NCBI GenBank assembly: GCA_964016885.1
Contig: OZ024749.1
Location: 29,512,001 to 29,576,000 of the forward strand
Reading direction: 5' to 3'
DNA length: 64,000 nt
From: Eledone cirrhosa
Lineage: Eukaryota
Part shown: in pieces, positions 12,300 through 27,574 of the stretch
Layout of the letters: each line of letters opens with the position of its first letter
Position numbering within the stretch: position 1 is the first letter of the stretch
The notes under the pieces: model-generated
Seen by the model: only the letters and a program-made list of their open reading frames with translations
Databases searched by the model: none
What the model was told of the DNA's origin: nothing
Made by a program: the position numbers and the translations under genes

Positions 12300-12900
12300 A
12301 TTCTCGGCCGAGCTGTTCTTCCAGAGAACGGGTCGCAGGTGGTGGACAGCGATACGACCACAATATATGATGGTTAGTTGTGATATAAGTGGACTCCTGC
12401 CGGAAAAATAAGCAGCCCCTGACAAAACAGCGGTCAACTACAAGGGGAGATGGAGCAATGGGTGACACTGGTAGATCTCAAATGAACTCTCACAACACAG
12501 TGATGTTGCGACGAGGCAAGTAAAGGCCGCCTCTGAAAATGCCTAGTTTTCGCGGGTCTGAGAAAATTACCAAATTGGTGATTGGCGCGAATATGACCAC
12601 TAAAGGCTGTAGTATGGCCAGATTCAATAAAGGCAATTACACCGCATCGTCCTTCGTGCGGGGTAACAAGAGACACGTTCGGGCCTTAGATAGAAAGGCC
12701 TGTTCAAAAAATATATTGCAGTCTCCTCCTAACGCAAACACACTCACACAAAACTAGCGATGGCTCTACGGTGGCTTAGATGGGTGAAATAGGTGCACAA
12801 AGGTTGCGTATTCAGAAACTCTAAATCGGATCAATAAGCAAACGTTAACAAGTGGCAACTGAAGCCTTCCGGCGTTACATGACGTTTGGTTGGAGATATG
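12300..12900. promoter_or_regulatory. CpG/GC-enriched promoter-like island upstream of TMEM14
   Basis: Locally CpG-rich unique sequence 0.3-0.9 kb upstream of the ATG. E2F-like TTTTCGCGGG (~12547) and TTGGCGCGAA (~12582) overlapping an inverted CCAAT box; TGACGT at ~12880. Confidence 0.5.
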
Positions 12901-13279
12901 GATGGAGGAGGGAAACTCTTTTATTCAGGTGTAGAGCTAGAAAAGACTCCACAGTCGGGACACAGTGGGGTTACTCACAAACTCCTGACTGTCGGAAATG
13001 TGTTCTGTAAAGGATCTTATTGGGTAGGAGGATTTGTCTCTTGAAGATTTGGCTGAAGAAAAGACATTGGTCAACCTGTGGCTTTACTAGAAGACACTTG
13101 TCCAAGGTTGGATTAAGTCCACTCCAGTCCACAAGCACTTAAAAGATCGTGGTGCTCTAAACAGATCTTGACCCCTAAACATGGCTTATTTTGCTTAATC
13201 GCTAACCCAGCCCTGTCCTTGCCCAAGGTGATACGCTGCGGGCCTGAACACAGAACCACACCACAACGCCACGTACATT

Positions 13280-13560
13280 ATTTCACAGGTTTCAACTATA
13301 AGACTGTGGTCATGCTGGAACACCACATTCTTTTATGCCTTTTACTGGTTTCAGACATTAGACAGTTGCCATGTTAAGGCACTACATTCTTTTATGTCTT
13401 TTACTGGTTTCAGTCATCAAACTGTCGCATGCTGGGACACTACATTCTTATATATCTTTTACGGGTTTCAGTCATTAGAGAGTGGCCATGCTGGGGCACT
13501 ACATTCTTTTATGTTTTTCATTGATTTCAGTCATAAGACTGTGGCCATGCTGGGGTATTC
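13280..13560 (+). repeat. Degenerate ~51-bp tandem array (about 5-6 units) of the SINE-derived unit TTTTACTGGTTTCAGTCATTAGACTGTGGCCATGCTGGGGCAC
   Basis: Visible repeated unit; homologous to the 57.1-61.3 kb satellite. Confidence 0.8.
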
Positions 13561-14808
13561 AGCTAGAATTTTGAAATATTAATCATTTTAATAATTTTCA
13601 GCGAAGTGTGAAAGAAATATTTTGAGAATTATTCCGTTTGTTGAACACGAAAGCTGAAATATCTCCACCGAGAGATTAACTATTGGTTACAATAAATATA
13701 AAACTGGTGTTTGGTACATAACTTAAATGTCTGTAGAAATAGTTAAGTATATGTGTGTATATGTGTCATATCACATACATATATATACACATACATACTG
13801 TGTAAGTTTTGGGCACGTATGTATATGTATGATGTTACGCATATACACACATATTGAAGTTGTTGTTTATGTATCTGTGTATGTGTGTGTGACTTCGCAC
13901 ATAATCGCACACATACTGTGGAAGTGTGTGTGTGTGACTTCGCACATAATCACATACATACTGTGGAAGTGTGTGTGTGTGTGTGACTTCGCACATAATC
14001 ACACACATACTGTGGAAGTGTGTGTGTGTGTGTGGCGTCGCAAATATACATACATACTGTGTAAGTAGTTAAATATGTGTATATATATATATGTGTGATG
14101 CCACACATACTGTGTAAGTGATTGAGTATATGTGTGTATGTATGTGTGATGCCACACATATAAACACATACTGTGTAAATTGTTGTGTATATGTGTGATG
14201 TTCCACATATACATACTCATACTCAAACAACATTTACACAATATGTATATATGCGTGTGATGTTACACATATACACACACAGTCAACCACTTTCACAGAC
14301 CTTTAAGTTACAACAAATTATTTCAGCTTTTCAGTTATTTTTTTAAAGGTGAAAATCAAATCTTTTAACTGATTCCTGTTCTAGAATTATAACTTTTGTC
14401 TCATTCCATCCAATTTAATGTGAAATTTCTTACAGAATTATCCGTTTTGTTGCAATAAACCAGATGAAAAAATTAACTGAAGAGATTCTACCCATGTCAG
14501 ACTAAAACAATATATCCCAATGAGTTAAATTTAAATATTTGAAAATTTCTACTAACCTTTATACATTACTACAGCGATCTCTTTCAGTCGAGTATCTATC
14601 AATGTTTTTATTATGTAACATACTTTCACTAAAGGCGGTGAATAGATAGAGTCGTTAGAACGTCAGATAGAATACTTTGTGGTATTCGGTCTAACTCTGT
14701 TCATTGAGTTCAAAGGTCAACTTCGTCTTTTATCTATTCAATGTCGATACAAAAAAGTACCAGTCAAGTACTGGTTCGATTCTTCCCCTCTCTCTCTCTC
14801 TCTCTTTC

Positions 14809-14864
<56 letters not shown>

Positions 14865-14914
14865 TTTCTTCCTCTATATATTTCTCTCACTTACATTTTC
14901 TTGCTCTATCTTTC

Positions 14915-15280
14915 TCTGGAAAAAATCTGCTGTATTCAGACCTGGAGAGGAGATGGGCTCCGCCAGATTTTAAAATGTCATAGAAATGCTGTATGTCAAT
15001 ATGGCGCCCCTACAACTTCCTCAGGAGTTACGGAACCTTGCATGCATGGGCTAAAGTTAGCCATGTAGTCACGGGCAGACAAAGACACCTTCTCGATCCT
15101 TCCACACCCTCACTTCTTCAATCCAATGGAACATTGAGGATGTGACAGCTGGAAGGGGAGAGAGAGAGAGAGAGAGAGAGAGGTGCCGTAGTGACATACA
15201 TTATGTCTTAGGTATTTTAAACATAGTAGAGCCAACCCATCTACAGGTCTGAAGACAGCCGATTTCTTCCATAGGAGGAA
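14915..15280. mobile_element. MITE-like element with ~95-bp imperfect terminal inverted repeats
   Basis: CTGGAAAAAATCTGCTGTATTCAGACCTGGAGAGG... at the left versus ...CTACAGGTCTGAAGACAGCCGATTTCTTCCATAGG at the right; single arms at 6115-6215 and 52130-52230. Confidence 0.6.
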
Positions 15281-15322
15281 AGAGTGAAAGCAGCGATTCT
15301 TTGCTTAAACTTTAATCTGTTA

Positions 15323-15387
<65 letters not shown>

Positions 15388-15721
15388 GAAGTAAGAAATA
15401 TATATATATGTATATATATATGAAGAATCGACCCCAGTATTTGACTGGTACTTCTACCGACTTTGAATGGACGAAAGGCAAAAAAATTGACCTCGGCGGG
15501 ATTTGAACCCAGAGATTAGAGAACCATGCCGGACATTACAAAATATTATTATATCCTACGATTTAACGATTCCGACAATTGGCCAACTTCGGTGTCTTTA
15601 ATATAAGTAAAATCACAACATTTCCACTGCACGAGAAAACCAGTTGAAAATACATATTAACACTCTTTTTTTTTGTTTTCAAAGTTACAAAGGGTAAAGA
15701 AATCTCTAGAATGATATAATA

Positions 15722-16035
15722 ATAATAATGAAATTATTGTGTACAGTGCTCAGGTGCACTACAACTCGTCAAAGGTGCATGTAAAGTACATAGAATAATA
15801 TACAAATACCAGGGAAGTGAATAGTGTATGTATGAGTCATGATATACATGTGTGCGTGTGTATGGAGGGGGAATATTAGGTTTAGCGTTGGCGAATCTCA
15901 GGAAGCATGGAGGTTTTAAAGGATGCAGTGTCTCAGCAGCTAATAACAGATGCAGGTAGTTTGTTCCATGTTTCAGCAACTCTGAGCGTGAAAAAATGTT
16001 TCCGAAGGGCATGGGAGCTGTGCTATCATTAAGTC
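15722..16035 (-). mobile_element. CR1-type LINE 3' fragment with (ATT)n tail
   Basis: Reads SHALRKHFFTLRVAETWNKLPASVI..., then 3' UTR and an ATT-repeat tail. Confidence 0.82.
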
Positions 16036-16149
16036 TTTTGAATGGAAGACATTATGAAATGTTTCACTAGGCAAGTTTCGTTACAATCGATTTATGTTCA
16101 GCTTCTTTATTATATTTTAGCGTTTTTCGCTGTTTTATACACTCATAAG

Positions 16150-16397
16150 CCCCCATACACACACAAATACACACAGAAACATATACATACTCCGATACAC
16201 ACATCCACACACTTAGCTTTCACCCCCACCCCACATCCATACCTCCACACTCCACAGCTTCATGCCCCCCCCCCCACCCCACACACACGTCCACACCCAC
16301 ACATCCACGCCTCACACCTTCACCCCTTCACTCCACCCACCACACACACACACACACACACGTACGCATATGCACACACGTACACACACATACATGT

Positions 16398-16435
<38 letters not shown>

Positions 16436-17940
16436 TCATATACACATATGTACACACACACATGTACACACACACACACACACACACACACACTCATGCA
16501 CGCACACAAACACACACACATGTACACACGTACACACACACACACACATGCACACACACACACACACACACACACACTCATGTGCACACACACACACACA
16601 CACACTCATGTACACACTTGTACACACACAAACTCATGTACACGCATATATACAGACACACACTCACACACACACATATATACACAAAAACACAAACACA
16701 CATGCATACATATACACATGTACACACACATCAATAACAACATTAAATCTAATCTTCCCAAAGAAACCCAGTTTTATCTTTAAAATGTTGAACTGTTTCA
16801 ATATTTAAATCATATGAGTTCGATCTATTTGGTATATTGTATTAGAAATACGTAACTCTCATTTTCTCTCATGAAAATCTTTATCTTAATTCATTTAAAG
16901 TTAATTTCCTCTCCATTTATCAAGAATTAATTGAAAGAGTTGAACTCCAATCTTTTTTCTTCCTATTCTAATTAAGGTAAAATGAGGGAAATCTTCTCGA
17001 ATATTTTATCTTATATCAAAAATAATTATGTCACATACTCTCTGTCTCCATTTCTCACTGTCTCTCTGTCTCTCTTTATTTCTGTCTCTGTATCTCTTTA
17101 TTTCTGTCTCTGTCTCTCCCTGTCTCTGTATCTTTGCACTTTGTCTCTCTGTTTGTCTCTCTGTCTGTCCCACTGTCTGTCACTCTGTCTCTCTTTCTTT
17201 CTCTCTCTCTGTCTCTATATCTTTGTCTCCGTGTCTCTCTCCGTGTCTCTTTCTGTCTCTCTCTGTCTCTCTTTATTTCTGTCTCTGTCTCTCCTGTCTC
17301 TGTATCTTTGCACTTTGTCTCTCTGTTTGTCTCTCTGTCTGTCCCACTGTCTGTCACTCTGTCTCTCTTTCTTTCTCTCTCTCTGTCTCTATATCTTTGT
17401 CTCCGTGTCTCTCTCTGTGTCTCTCTCTGTCTCTCTTTCTTTGTCTCTCTCTCTCTGTCGCTGTCTCTCTCTGCCTCTGTCTGTCAATCTATTCTCCTCT
17501 CTCTCTGTTTGTCCCACTGTCTGTCACTCTGTCTCTCTTTCTTTCTCTCCCTCTGTCTCTATATTTTTGTCTCCGTGTCTCTCTCCGTGTCTCTTTCTGT
17601 CTCTCTCTGTCTCTCTTTCTTTGTCTCTCTCTCTCTGTCTCTATATCTTTGTCTCCGTATCTCTCTCCGTGTCTCTTTCTGTCTCTCTCTGTCTCCCTTT
17701 CTTTACCTCTCTCTCTCTGTCGCTGTCTCTCTCTGCCCCTGTCTGTCTTTCTGGCTCCCTCTGTCTGTCAATCTATTCCCCTCTCTATCTGTTTGTCTGT
17801 CTGTCTCTTTTGTATCTCATCTCTCCATCTCCCTCTCTCCTTTCTATATATCTTTCTCCTCTCTATATCTCTTCCCTCCCTATTTCTCCCTCTCATCCCT
17901 ATATCTCACCCTCTCCTCCCTGTATATATATACACCCACC
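16150..17940. repeat. (CA)n-rich tract (to ~16735) and (CT/CTGT)n tract with ~178-bp internal duplications (from ~17040)
   Basis: Directly visible low-complexity sequence separated by a short unique AT-rich island. Confidence 0.9.
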
Positions 17941-17942
17941 CC

Positions 17943-20199
<2,257 letters not shown>

Positions 20200-20200
20200 A

Positions 20201-20408
20201 TGTAGGAGGTGAGTTTTATTGTAGTACAATAAAACAATGCAGATATCGGATAAGAAGCACTCTACAGTTTGTAGGACTGGAGTATACATAATACATAAGA
20301 TCAAAAGATGGTTAAAAGAGTTCCATGTAGTTTATTATGCGCATTTCAAAAGCAAATATCATCATGCAATAACATTTGCGTTTTCGTCAGATAAAATAGG
20401 GAGACATA
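20201..20408 (-). mobile_element. 5'-truncated hammerhead-bearing (TA)n element (same family as 50561-51000)
   Basis: High similarity to the reverse complement of 50795-51000; hammerhead motif at 20328-20398. Confidence 0.8.
20328..20398 (-). ncRNA. Minimal type I hammerhead ribozyme motif
   Basis: TATTTTAT-CTGACGA-AAACGCAAATGTTATT...ATGATATTTGCTTTT-GAAA-TGCGCA-TA^ATAAACTA. Confidence 0.7.
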
Positions 20409-23400
20409 CAACCTCTTTCGCTACTGCCACCAGACAGAGGAAAATTGCCTGCCCTTCCTGGCCAAAAGAAGGCGGCGGGTCGATCTTCACTATGGACTCG
20501 GCCGATAGCCGGATCCGTTCTACACGCGACAACAGCTGTTCAACATAACTCTACAAGTCAGTAATGCACGGACACTAGACGAGTGCGTGCAGAACGGTTT
20601 CATCGCTCTGCGCGCATCTCGGGCAGGTCCGTCTGACAGCACTTCCGTGCCTGTAGAGTTTATCTCGAACCGGCAGTGCCCCCCGGTAGCACTGCCAAGC
20701 GAGGGATTTTTGGAAATTATCCATCGTCCCCGGCTCGAAAGTCCTCCGATACAGACTGGTTAGTTCGACTTCGTTGACTCCCAGAGCCTCTCCGAGTGCG
20801 TCGTCGCACTTGCCCACCACTAATCCTCTATAGAACTCAAGAGTAGAAGTTCCACTGACCGCATTGCCCGCCTGGTAGAGGGCAGTGAGTGCCTGGCAAC
20901 ATTCCAGATGCCAGTCACCCAGTCTCAGTCTCTTCTTGACCCAGGACTGCAACTCAGTCAAAGAAACGAGCTGCGGAAAGACCCGTCTGACAAACGGCGA
21001 CCACACCTGTTCACCGTTTAGGCAGAATATCTGGTGATGCCACAGCCTCAGCGCGTGCCTGCGCATCATTAGCCACGGCATGCCCAGCCCTCCACGTAGA
21101 GGGTGCTGGCAGCAGATGGACCGCTTCACCAGCAGAACCTGACCCTTCCACAAGAATTTGAAGAGGAGCCGCTCCAAGATGGCGAGGCGCGAACGGAAGC
21201 AAGGGACGACAGTCAGACGGTAGTAGATGACGGACGCGATGTACACGTTCGCCACCTCCGCCCGACCTTTCAGTGATAGCTTCATCCCAGCCCATTTCTG
21301 GGTGAGACTGACTACCCTGCCCGTCACCTCGTCCCAATTCTTATCCACCTGGAGGTCTGGCCCGAACCAAACCCCTAGCAACTTTACCGGTCCGTCCGTC
21401 CAGCACCTAACGACGCTGTTGGACGGCATGGACTTGCCTCTCCAGATGCCGAGTTGCTAGCCCACTGACTTTTCCGGGTTAAGTTTTGCTCCCGTCAACC
21501 TTTCATATTCCTCCAATAAGTTGCCGACCACCTCGATTTCTGAGGTGTCCGACACCATCGCGGTGATGTCGTCCGCATAAGCCGACACAGCCTTTCCGCG
21601 TCCCGGTTCGAGCGGGATGCCCTGCAACAGCTCCAGCTTCCGCAGTAAAAGCTCGAGAGTCAATACGTACAGAAGGGAGGTGAGAGGGCACCCTTGACGG
21701 ACCGATCGGGAGACCTGAAACGATTCCGAGAGGTGGCCATTAATTTTGACCATCGAGCAGGTGCCGCAGTGCATTGCAGCGATCCAGCTTCTGAAGACGG
21801 GGCCGAAGCCAGCGGCCTTGAGGACAGCCTCCAGGTACCGATGGTCGACTCTATCGAATGCTTTCAATTGATCTAAATTGATCAGAGCCCCACCGAAGCC
21901 AGGTTTACACCCCACCCTCTCTATGATGTATCGCGTTAGGTGGAGCTTGTCGTGTATGGACCTGGTTGGGATTGCTCAAGTTTGCGCCTCCCCAACCAAA
22001 TCCCCGACGACAAGCGCCAACCTCTTCGCTAACATCCTGGCCAAAATCTTAAACTCTGTGTTGAGCAGAGTTATGGGCCTGAAATTGTCTAATGTGTCCC
22101 TTTTGTTCTCGTGTTTCCTTATCAGCGTCACTACGCCCCGGCTCACAGAACTGGGAATACTCCCGTTTTGCTGCCAGTTGCAGTAGAGGGCTTCGAGGAG
22201 ATTGGAGAACAAGTCTGGCATATTTACGTAAAGCTCGTAGGGAAGACCATCCAAACCGGGTGACTTGCGCCTCATGCAGCCGACAAGGGCATCCTGAATC
22301 TCGGAAGTAATTGGCCTTTCGCAGCGCCCAGCGTCAGCCGTCGAGAGTTGCGGCAAGCCATCGAGGTAGGGACTGAAGTCCGCCACCATCTCTGACCCGC
22401 CTCTTTCCCCGAACAACCGAGCAAAATTTTTGCGAAAGGCCTCACACATCCTCTTGGAATCGCTCAGCTCGTGCCTGTCTCAGTCCGTCAAAGACCGAAT
22501 CGTGGTTTTATTACCACGCCGCGCCTCTGCCACGCGGACCCATCGAACAGCTTTGGTTCCCTCGTTTCTCAGAGCACGCGCCTTAGCTCTGACAATGCAA
22601 CCTTCGTGTTTCGCATTGAAGAAATGGTCTGCCATTCTCGCCGCTAGCACATTAGTTGCAACTCCCCCTCCTTTCTATTTTTCTCTAATGCTACTTCTTT
22701 GCTAAACTCTATCGACATTACTCTAATCTCTCTTTTGAGAGCCCCCCACCATCTATTGTTGACGATTCCCCCTGTCAACTTTTTCTTAACTAAATTGTTG
22801 ACCTGGTCCCTGTAAGCCTTACGTGCCGGAAATGACATGTTTAGCTTCCAGTAACCAGGTCCTAACCTACGCGTCTTATCTAGGTCGACCATACAGATCA
22901 CAAACTTGTGATCTGAATAGGCGACCGTTTCAAAACGTGGACAGCTTACACTATTTCTGTCTATTTTCCTAATGAATATCCTGTCTATATACGATCTAGA
23001 TGACCCTATGCGGTTAGCCCAGGTCCACACTGGCGCATTAGGGAAATCTAGTCGGTACCTGTGAGACAGTTGGAACTGGCTGATCAGGTTCTTGAGGCTT
23101 TTGCACCCCCCGCTCCTATCGGATACTCCCACACAGTCCCAGCGTGCGTCTAAGATGCCGTTCCAGTCCCCCGCTAACAGTAAAGGGCGAGACGTACCCA
23201 GAAAGGCTTCCAGGCGTCTAAAGAAGTCCGGCCGTCCTGCCCCAGTAGGAGCATAGACGGCCACCAGTCTAAAGGCACCACCTTCATTATTGTTCACGTC
23301 CAGGACCACCAACTTCCCGTCCGGGTCCCGGAAGATCGACCTTACCTCGAGATCCAGGCCTTTCCTAAACAGCACTGCCACCCCGCCTCCCATTCCCGGC

Positions 23401-23588
23401 TGGCTAACAGATGCAAAGATCTGATAGTCGTCGAAAATGGGGGCTAGTGCGCGCGTGTCGGAAATCCTGGTCTCGCTGACTGCAATTTCATCGATTTCTA
23501 TAGACCTGAGGTCGTTGAGCAGGAGTCCCTGCTTCCAGGACGATCCCAGGCCTCGAACATTTAAACTTCCTACTCTTAATACGGCCAT
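20405..23588 (-). pseudogene. Tx1-type ORF2 (APE endonuclease, reverse transcriptase, zf-RVT) broken into at least 4 frames
   Basis: SLNVRGL, SET, VYAP, GDWN, IDRI, SDH, GYWKLN (endonuclease); KSPGLDGLP, NFRPITLLN, DQLKAFDRVDH, VRQGCPL, YADD (RT); CPRC...ETVLHAL (Zn finger). Confidence 0.93.
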
Positions 23589-23619
23589 GTTGGCAGGTTA
23601 AACAGAGAGAGAGGAAGGT

Positions 23620-25565
23620 TTACTTACCTTCCGGGCTCTTGTGAAGGTCGGGTTGTTCGACCTCCATAGTTAGTGGGGTTTCTTTTGGGAACCCCTTTAA
23701 AAGTCTTGAAGTGGATTTTACGTTCGGGGATCCCACGTCCCGAGGAAAGCTGTCTCGTATTTCTTTGAATATGTCGAGCGACATTCGCATCAGAACCAAA
23801 TCTTCCGGCACGCGAAATGTGCTCGATTTAAACATTTCCCCTCTTTTTGTATATTTTCACTTCGTGCTACGAAGGCCATCAGTTCCTTGTTGGCCCTCCT
23901 GACGAGCACGAAGTTTTGTATGTTTTGTTGTTGTGATTTTATTTGTTTACGTGGCTGTGGTGGTGATGGGTTTGGTGGTGTTCTTTCGGTTGTATCTGTG
24001 TTTGTTGTGAGTGCGGTGTCTGTGGTTTCAGATGTTTGTGTGTATATTTGTTCTTGCGTCTGTTTCGGTTGTTTGCGTTTGGGGGATTCTGGTGTTGGTG
24101 ATGGTGGTGTTGATGTTGGTGTTATTGGAGAGATGTTTGCGTGGGTGGTGTCTGCGTGTTTTATTGTGGGTGCTTTTGTGCTTTGTTGAGGTTTTTTTTC
24201 TTTTTGTGTTTCCTTTTTTGTATTTTGGGGGATTTTGGATTTCCCTCATTTTCACTACTGGTAGATGAGGGGTCTGTGTCTGTAAGTGTGTCTGTATGTA
24301 TGTTTATGGTTTTATTGGTGTGTGTATTTTTTGGGGGAGGGGGAATTTGACAGCTTTCCTCGTTTCCTCCCTGGGTGGTCAATGTTGGTGGTGGTCTTTC
24401 TATTGGTGTTGTTGTTGGTGGTTTTGCCGGTGCTGGTGTTGGTTGTGGTCCTCGCCCCGGCATCGGCAGCAGTGGAGCCTTTCGACCCCTTGCCTCTTTC
24501 AGCAGTTGAGGGCAGAAGGCTCGCAAATGGGTTTTTTCCCCACAAACAAATAACTGCGGCCTTTTGCTTTCGGTCATAATGTGAATGACCGTCCCATTCT
24601 GAAGGCGGATGTGGTCCGGGATTGTCTTCACATTCTCGGGCCTGATCTGGAGAAGGATCTCCAGGTCAACCTCGGACCAGTCCTCTTTGGCCGTTCTGGT
24701 CACTTCTATAGGGACTGTATCCGTCCCCTCCACAATCACACATCCCAGAAGCCACCACATGTCAAGTCCTGGTGGGATTCTGGGAATGCGGAGACGGGCC
24801 GTTCTTTTTCCCATGTGGGAGGGGTACATTATGACCTTGCTGGTTTTGCAAGGAGTCATAGCGTGTTTCATAGCGAGGGCTTCTGACTTGAACAACACCG
24901 AAATGGTGCCGTACTGTCTGCCCCTCTCTATGTACTGGGTGTCTTCTCTGATGCACCTCAGCGCGACTTCGACATCTTCTTGTGGGATTAAAGCTGCCCT
25001 TTTGGTTTGTGCTGAGATGCATCTATAATGCACCGGTTTGCGCTCCACTGCCTCGATAGCTTCTACCGGGACAGTTAAGTTGGCCCAAGTTTGCTCTTGC
25101 TTGATGAGTTTCCATGCCTGGGCCAACTTTTCATCTTTGTTTGAGAGGTCCATGTTGAAGCATGGCCTCTTTTTTGCTGCTGCCGCAGCGAAAGTGTTCT
25201 TCTTGTTTTCGTTGGGGGTTTTGTTGTCGTTGTTCTTGTTGGCACTGTCGCTGTTATCATTGTTGTCTTTGTTGCCACCGTTGTTCTCGGTGCAGTTGGT
25301 ATTGTTGCTGTTGGTGTTGTCGCTATTTGTTTTCATGTTAGTGGTGTTGATATTGTTGTATTTTTTTTTTTTTTTATCTGTATTTTCGTTGTCGCTGTTG
25401 CTGTCATTTCTTTTCAAAATTAGTGTTCTTATTTGTATCATTGGTGTCTTTGTTTACCTTGTTTGTGTTATCAATGTGTGTTAATTTCACTGTAGCGCTC
25501 CTCTCAACTTCTACATCGTTGTCGCACGACAGCCGACATATCGCTGGGGGGCGTGGCTCAGCCAT
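23620..25565 (-). pseudogene. Tx1-type ORF1 (gag-like nucleic-acid-binding protein), frameshifted
   Basis: Upstream of ORF2 on the same strand; degenerate zinc knuckle LFVCGEKTHLRAFC (first Cys lost); N/T-rich linkers; pieces are track ORFs 25404..25595, 24161..25441 and 23620..23835. Confidence 0.75.
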
Positions 25566-25799
25566 GTTGTTTTTTCTTCGTAAATTTTTTAACATGTAAA
25601 AAAAAGTTCAAATATTTGGGCCAAAAGGCCCAAATATTATACTTTCCCCATTCACGGGGCAAAGTCTTAGGGCTTATATCCCTTACACAACAAGAAATAT
25701 TTAACAACAAATAATTTTAACAGGCAAATAAAGCGACTTACTGTGAGCGAGCAAAATACGTCCGCTTAGACCAATAATAATAATAATAATAATAATAAT

Positions 25800-26946
25800 A
25801 GTACCTCATTCTTGGATACCCAAAAGCCTAGAGATCTTCAAGGTGGCAGATAACATCAGACAGTTGTTGAGCAAAAGTATGAAGTCCTGAAAAACAGTTA
25901 ACATCGGGTGGAGAATCCTTGGGAGGCGTGAAGATCAAGAGAGGTATCTTCCAGGGAGATAGTTTGTCCCCTCTGTTGTTTGTCCTTGCCCTGATACCCC
26001 TGACCATTATACTGCGAAAAGTGAGAGCAGGATACAAGTTGGGAAAAGGAGTGCTTACCATCAATTATCTCCTCTTCATGGACGATCTTAAGCTCTTCGG
26101 GAAGAGTGAGAAGGAGTTAGATGTGCTTGTTGACATTGTCCGTATTTTCACCAATGATATATGTATGCAATTTGGTATTAGTAAGTGTGGAGTCCTAGTG
26201 ATGAAGAGGGGTAAATTGAGCAGAAGCAACGGAATCCAGGTACCAACAGGTGAGATGATAAAGGAAATTGACACTGAAGAAGGATACAAATATTTAGGTG
26301 TTCTGGAGGCAGATGGCACCAAGAACAAAAAAAAGGAAGGAATTGATAAGTACATTCGGAGAGTAAGGAGCGTATTAAAATCACATCTAAACAGTAGGAA
26401 TGCCATAAGTGCAGTAAATTCCCGAGCTGTGTCTATTATTAGGTACAGTGCGGAAATTCTGAAATGGAATGTTGCTGAACAAAAAGAAATGGATATGAAG
26501 ACTAGGAAGCTATTGACTATCTACAACATGTTCCACAAGAGGAGTGATGTCGATAGACTCTACGTAAGGAGATCTGAAGGTGGAAGAGGTCTTATCAGCA
26601 TAGAGGACTGTGATCAGATAGAGAAAAACAACCTACACAAATACGTGACTGACAGTAGGGAGCCAATGCTCAGAATTGTACTGAAGGAGAGGACAATAGA
26701 CCAGGGGATGTCCAAGGAGGAAATAACAACAAGGAGGAAGAGCAACCTTCATGAAAAATCCCTTCATAGTACCTTCTTTGAGAAAACTGAATTTAGAGAT
26801 CCACAGACATGGAACTGGTTGAAAAGAGGAGACCTTAAAAAGGCTACAGAAGGAATGCTAATGGCTGCGAAAGAGCAGGCCCTCAAAACGAAGTGGGTGA
26901 AACACCATATTTACAAGGAGGAGGCTAGCCCACTGTGTAGGATCAG

Positions 26947-26985
<39 letters not shown>

Positions 26986-27394
26986 CTGTGGCTCACATTG
27001 TATCCGAGTGTAAACACCTAGCCCAGACTCACTATAAAGGCTGGAGACATGATGTGATGGGCAGGGTGATCCACTGGCACCTATGCAAAGTAAACAATTT
27101 ACCACATTCTGAGAAGTGGTATGAGCATAAGCCAGAGTCGGTGATAGAAAACGATCAGGTGAAGGTGCTGTGGGATTTCGGATACAGACGGACAAGAAAC
27201 TGGATAACAATAGACCTGACCTGGTGGTTTTGGACAAGGAAAAAAGATCGTGCCTGATTGTGGATGTAGCCTGCCCATTCGACACGAGAGTGCAAGAGAA
27301 GGAGAGGGAGAAAATTAACCTATACCAGGACTTAAAGTGGGAGGTAAAAAGGATTTGGAACTGCCATGAAGTCAAAGTGGTCCCGATAGCATAA
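25800..27394 (+). mobile_element. R4/Dong-clade LINE fragment (RT, CCHC finger, restriction-like endonuclease), truncated at both ends
   Basis: VPHSWI, RGIFQGDSLSPLLF, FMDDLKL, YKYLG, GGRGL, CRISG...ETVAHIVSEC...RHD, RPDLVVLD...IVDVACP...EKINLYQDL; starts directly after (TAA)n; a (GA)n expansion shifts the frame at ~26950-26980. Confidence 0.9.
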
Positions 27395-27574
27395 AACCAC
27401 GGTAAAGGCACATATAGTAAGTACAACGAATTTTTAAAAATTTATTTAAAAACTTTTTCTCTATTTGCTAGACCTTGATTTTATATATATATATTTTATA
27501 TATATATATATAGTAATAATATATATATATATATATATATTAATAGTAATAATATAAATATATATATAGTAATA

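Larger units (their letters stand above)
20405..25772 (-). mobile_element. L1/Tx1-clade LINE, near full-length, frameshifted, 3' end missing
   Basis: ORF1, APE endonuclease, RT and Zn-finger domains in the expected order; 5' end CTAAGCGGACGTATTTT next to (TAA)n. Confidence 0.92.

Noticed and set aside
15249-15300. CTGAAGA...GAAA apparent hammerhead
   Set aside because: CTGAAGA belongs to the MITE inverted repeat and GAAA to an adjacent, different element; stems I and III do not form.
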